A DNA stretch of 64,000 nt from Isurus oxyrinchus. Lineage: Eukaryota. Below are positions 60,798-64,000 of this stretch, one piece after another. Below the pieces are notes generated by a model that did no database searches, had not been told where the DNA came from, and saw only the letters and a list, made by a program, of their open reading frames with translations. The translations under genes and the position numbers were made by a program. Location of the stretch: contig JANJGN010000089.1 of the NCBI GenBank assembly GCA_026770705.1, positions 1,302,001-1,366,000 on the forward strand, in the 5' to 3' direction. How positions within the stretch are numbered: the first letter of the stretch is position 1; every line of letters begins with the position of its first letter.

Positions 60798-60921
60798 GAG
60801 GAGGTCAATCTTCATTAAACCAAGCTCGGTGCTCCTCACGTTCAACTGCGAGATGCTGCGAATGCTCTAGCTAGGGTGCTTCAATTTCCCCCATCAAGAC
60901 TGGCTGGGTAGCACCTCTAAT

Positions 60922-61008
60922 GACCGAGATGGTCGTGTTGTAATGGACATAGCTGCTAGGTTGGAACTACAGCGCATTGTGAGTGGGGCAAAAGACTTGA
61001 CCTCGCCT
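60922..61008 (+). pseudogene. possible tRNA-Ser(GCT)-derived relic
   Basis: gaccgagatggtcgtgttgtaatggacatagctgcta...gagtgggg...cctcgcc vs GACGAGGTGGCCGAGTGGTTAAGGCGATGGACTGCTAA...GCGTGGGTTCGAATCCCATCCTCGTCG. Confidence 0.4.
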
Positions 61009-61089
61009 GACGGAGCTAAACAAACCAACGTAGAGTCCTTGTGGAGTCGGAGTCTCGCCTTCACACTGAGAATATCATTGTGTAACGTG

Positions 61090-61570
61090 GCACTAAAACA
61101 CTGCTAAATGGGATAGGTTTTGAACAGATCTGGTAACTGAAAATTGGGCATCACTGTGGACCATCAGCACGGCAAAATTATAGATAACCACAATCTGTGA
61201 CCTCATGGCTGGAAATAACCCCAACTCTACCATTACTACAATCACTGGCTCAATAAAGAATGCAGGAAGGCATGCAAGTAGCAGCTGCAGGCATACCTCA
61301 AAATAAGGTGTGGACCTGGTGGAGCTACAACAAAGTACAACCTGCATTCCACACTGCAAAAGCGGAATGTGACTGAAGAGCTACAACAAACCCACAACCA
61401 ACGGTAACAAACTGTAACTTATCCTTTTTGCTGCATCCAGTCGTGAATTGTGGTGGACAAGAAGAAACTAATTGGCGGACGCTCCATCAGTATTCCATCC
61501 TCAATGATGGCGGAGACTACCACATCAGTGTGAAAGGTAAGGCTGAAACGTTTGGAACCATCATCAGCTC
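61090..61570 (+). mobile_element. CR1-clade LINE (second family) internal fragment
   Basis: tattccatcctcaatgatggcgga...aaggctgaaacgtttg (IPILNDG...KAETF); reverse-complement similar to 18720-19140. Confidence 0.7.
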
Positions 61571-61699
61571 ATAATTTAATATAGCAATTAAGGTGCACTC
61601 CAAATTGCCTCAATAACAGGTGACACTTACGATTGAAAATAATTCCTCAAATGAAAGGATGCCCCAGGAAGTGAATTCATGGAACAGGTTGTGAGATAC

Positions 61700-62620
61700 C
61701 CATACATTCGTTCAACACAGAAGGAGATCCTTGGGCTAATCATACATTTTACAATTAGACACGCAATTTCTGCGAATGTAACTGTTTTATCCCGCTAGAG
61801 AAGATTTTTTTTCATAATTCCTTTCCATTTTTGGACGCCACATTAAGTGAAAGTTTTCAACTGCCAATGTAGCCTCTAGACAGAAAGAGTTCCCAATGAT
61901 CCTTGCAGCAATATAATGAGACATGATTCAAAAATTTGCATTACCCCTCCGGGGTACAGAATTCAAAAAGATTCATTTACATTTCAGTGATGTAATTTCT
62001 CCTCATCTCAGTCCTCATATTCTGTCCCTTGTACTGACACTGTGGCCATCACCAAACCTCAGCGACCACCACTCCCCCCCCCCCATAACCCTGTGTTTTT
62101 TGCTTCCCGTTTAGCAGAAAAAATCTGTCAGCCTTTGCCCTATCAAGCCCCTTCAGAATTGTGTACATTTTACTGAAATTACCTCTCATTCCTCTAAACT
62201 GCAGAAAACTTTGGGCAAATTTCCTAAGACTTTCATAATACGACGAGCTTTCATTCACAGAAACCAATTCAGTGAACATTCGCTGTCTTGCCTGCAATGC
62301 AAACATATCCCTCTTGAAATTTGGGTTAAAAACTGTGTACTGTATCCCAGATATTGCCTCAGCAAACTCAAGCGCAGTATTAACAATACTTCTGTATTCC
62401 AATGTTTCAATCTCACTGTAACAATGGTCAACATGCCAGTTGCCTTACTAATTGCTTGCTATCCGTGCCAGAAAACTATGGAACTGCTCTCCTTCTACGA
62501 GTACACCCAAGTCTCCCTGAACAGCAACATTTAAGAGCTCCACACTTTAAGTACGCTGATGTTCTACATGTACCAACAAAATGATTAATTTTCCCTTCGT
62601 TGCATTACAGTATCTTGTTT
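61700..62620 (-). mobile_element. CR1 3' end
   Basis: MEYRSIV...PNFKRDMFALQARQRMFTELV...RGMRGNFSKMYTILKGLDR. Confidence 0.75.
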
Positions 62621-62984
62621 AATTCGCTTTACCCACCGTTTTGTTATGAAGACTATTTGTGTCCAACCTAACTCAGTAGCATTCTCAATGTACTTCTCGC
62701 TAACATTAGAGAATGCACATTCAGAACACAGGTTAACAAGTTGGCTCCAAAATAAAACAAAAATAAACCGTCTTCACTGACTGAGAGAAGGTAGCTTTTC
62801 ACAAAGAACCATTCTGGGACGATTGCCTTTCGTTATGTAGATATGTAACTGCAATCGGGATTTAGAAGTGCAATTTCAAAATACATGAACGACATAACTT
62901 CAAGGGGGAAGAGAACTGTTTTGAAATATAAGATGGCATTCATAACTACTAGTATGTGAATGCAATTGTCAAATGAACTTCAAT

Positions 62985-63650
62985 GTAAGAACACAAGGAC
63001 ATATGGAACAGGAGAAGGAAAAGACCAATCAGCTCAATGAGATGGCTTCGCAAGTCAATAAGATCAGACTGATCTTCAGTTTCAACTCCACTTTCCTGCC
63101 CGCTCCCATTTCCTATGATTTCCTGAGAGAAGAAATTCGGTCTATCTCAGCCATAATCATTTTCAATTTTACATCATGTGTAAGGTTTTGGAACAACACG
63201 CTGCAAATATTCATGACCTTTTGGTGAACAAGCTTTATCTCATTTCAGTCTCAAATAATTGGCCCTTTATCCTGAGCATATGCTCATTTATATGTCCTCC
63301 CGAAAGGGTAAACTATCTGTCAGCATCTATTGTGTCAATCTCTTCTTGAGATTTCCAAAAAGATCGCCTCACATTCTTCAAAAATCCACAGAATATAACA
63401 GAATAGCTCTCAGAGTAGCATCGTAGGACAACTGTCTCTTTCAGGAAGCAAATTAATTAATTAACGCTATAGTTTATCCAATGCAATCCTATGCTTCAAA
63501 AAATGATGACCAAAACTTTACACAATATTCCCGGCATGGTCTCACAGGCCTGCTGCAAGTGTTTCTTTTTTTTTCTTTTTTCTGTACTTGAAATATCAAC
63601 TTGCATTAAAGCCCGACGTGTCATTTGTTTCCCAAATTGCTCCCTTGTCC
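62985..63650 (-). mobile_element. CR1 3' end, decayed
   Basis: Antisense tail taagaacacaaggacatatggaacaggag; gtgagaccatgccgggaatattgtgtaaagttttggtca (VRP-REYCVKFWS). Confidence 0.65.
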
Positions 63651-64000
63651 TTTTCATGAATAAATATTAACGCCTAGAATGTTATTGCAAAATTGAATAT
63701 AAAATAGTGTTCTCGTCAGGATGGTGTCAATGTGTCTTAATTGGATTAAAACCAGCTGTCCTGGATGCTTTGATGTACGGTAGTTTTGAGAAGTTAATAA
63801 GGTAAACGTAAGGAGGGTAGAAGGTAAATTGAAAATTTGCATTTATTAAAAGGAGCCATTCAGGAATGCAGGTGAAATTTGCACCAAGCTAGAAGGTGCC
63901 GACCAATGCGTTTATTTTTTCTCAGTTTACAGATGCAATGGGTGGGATTAAGTGATTTAATTATTGGAAGAGATAAGCACAAAAGTCCAGTGATATGCTG

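Overview
Eukaryotic, repeat-dominated DNA, most likely from a cartilaginous fish. That assignment is an inference from the CR1/L2/Penelope/Harbinger landscape and the GPR139-like receptor subfamily. No prokaryotic features or CRISPR arrays are present. The only intact protein-coding gene I can support is a two-exon class A GPCR of the GPR139/GPR142-like family (+ strand; exon 1 29223-29292, exon 2 35522-36462; 336 aa). A divergently oriented pseudogene of the same family lies at 14085-14955 (-). Most other sequence is decayed transposons: CR1-clade and L2 LINEs, a Gypsy LTR relic, a PIF/Harbinger transposase relic, and Penelope-like elements with hammerhead-ribozyme motifs. Between them are eroded tRNA genes (Gly x2, Asp, Val, Ile x3, possibly Ser) in duplicated blocks, suggesting a fossil tandem tRNA cluster interleaved with the GPCR genes. 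All family calls are by eye from recalled consensus sequences, and transposon boundaries are approximate.
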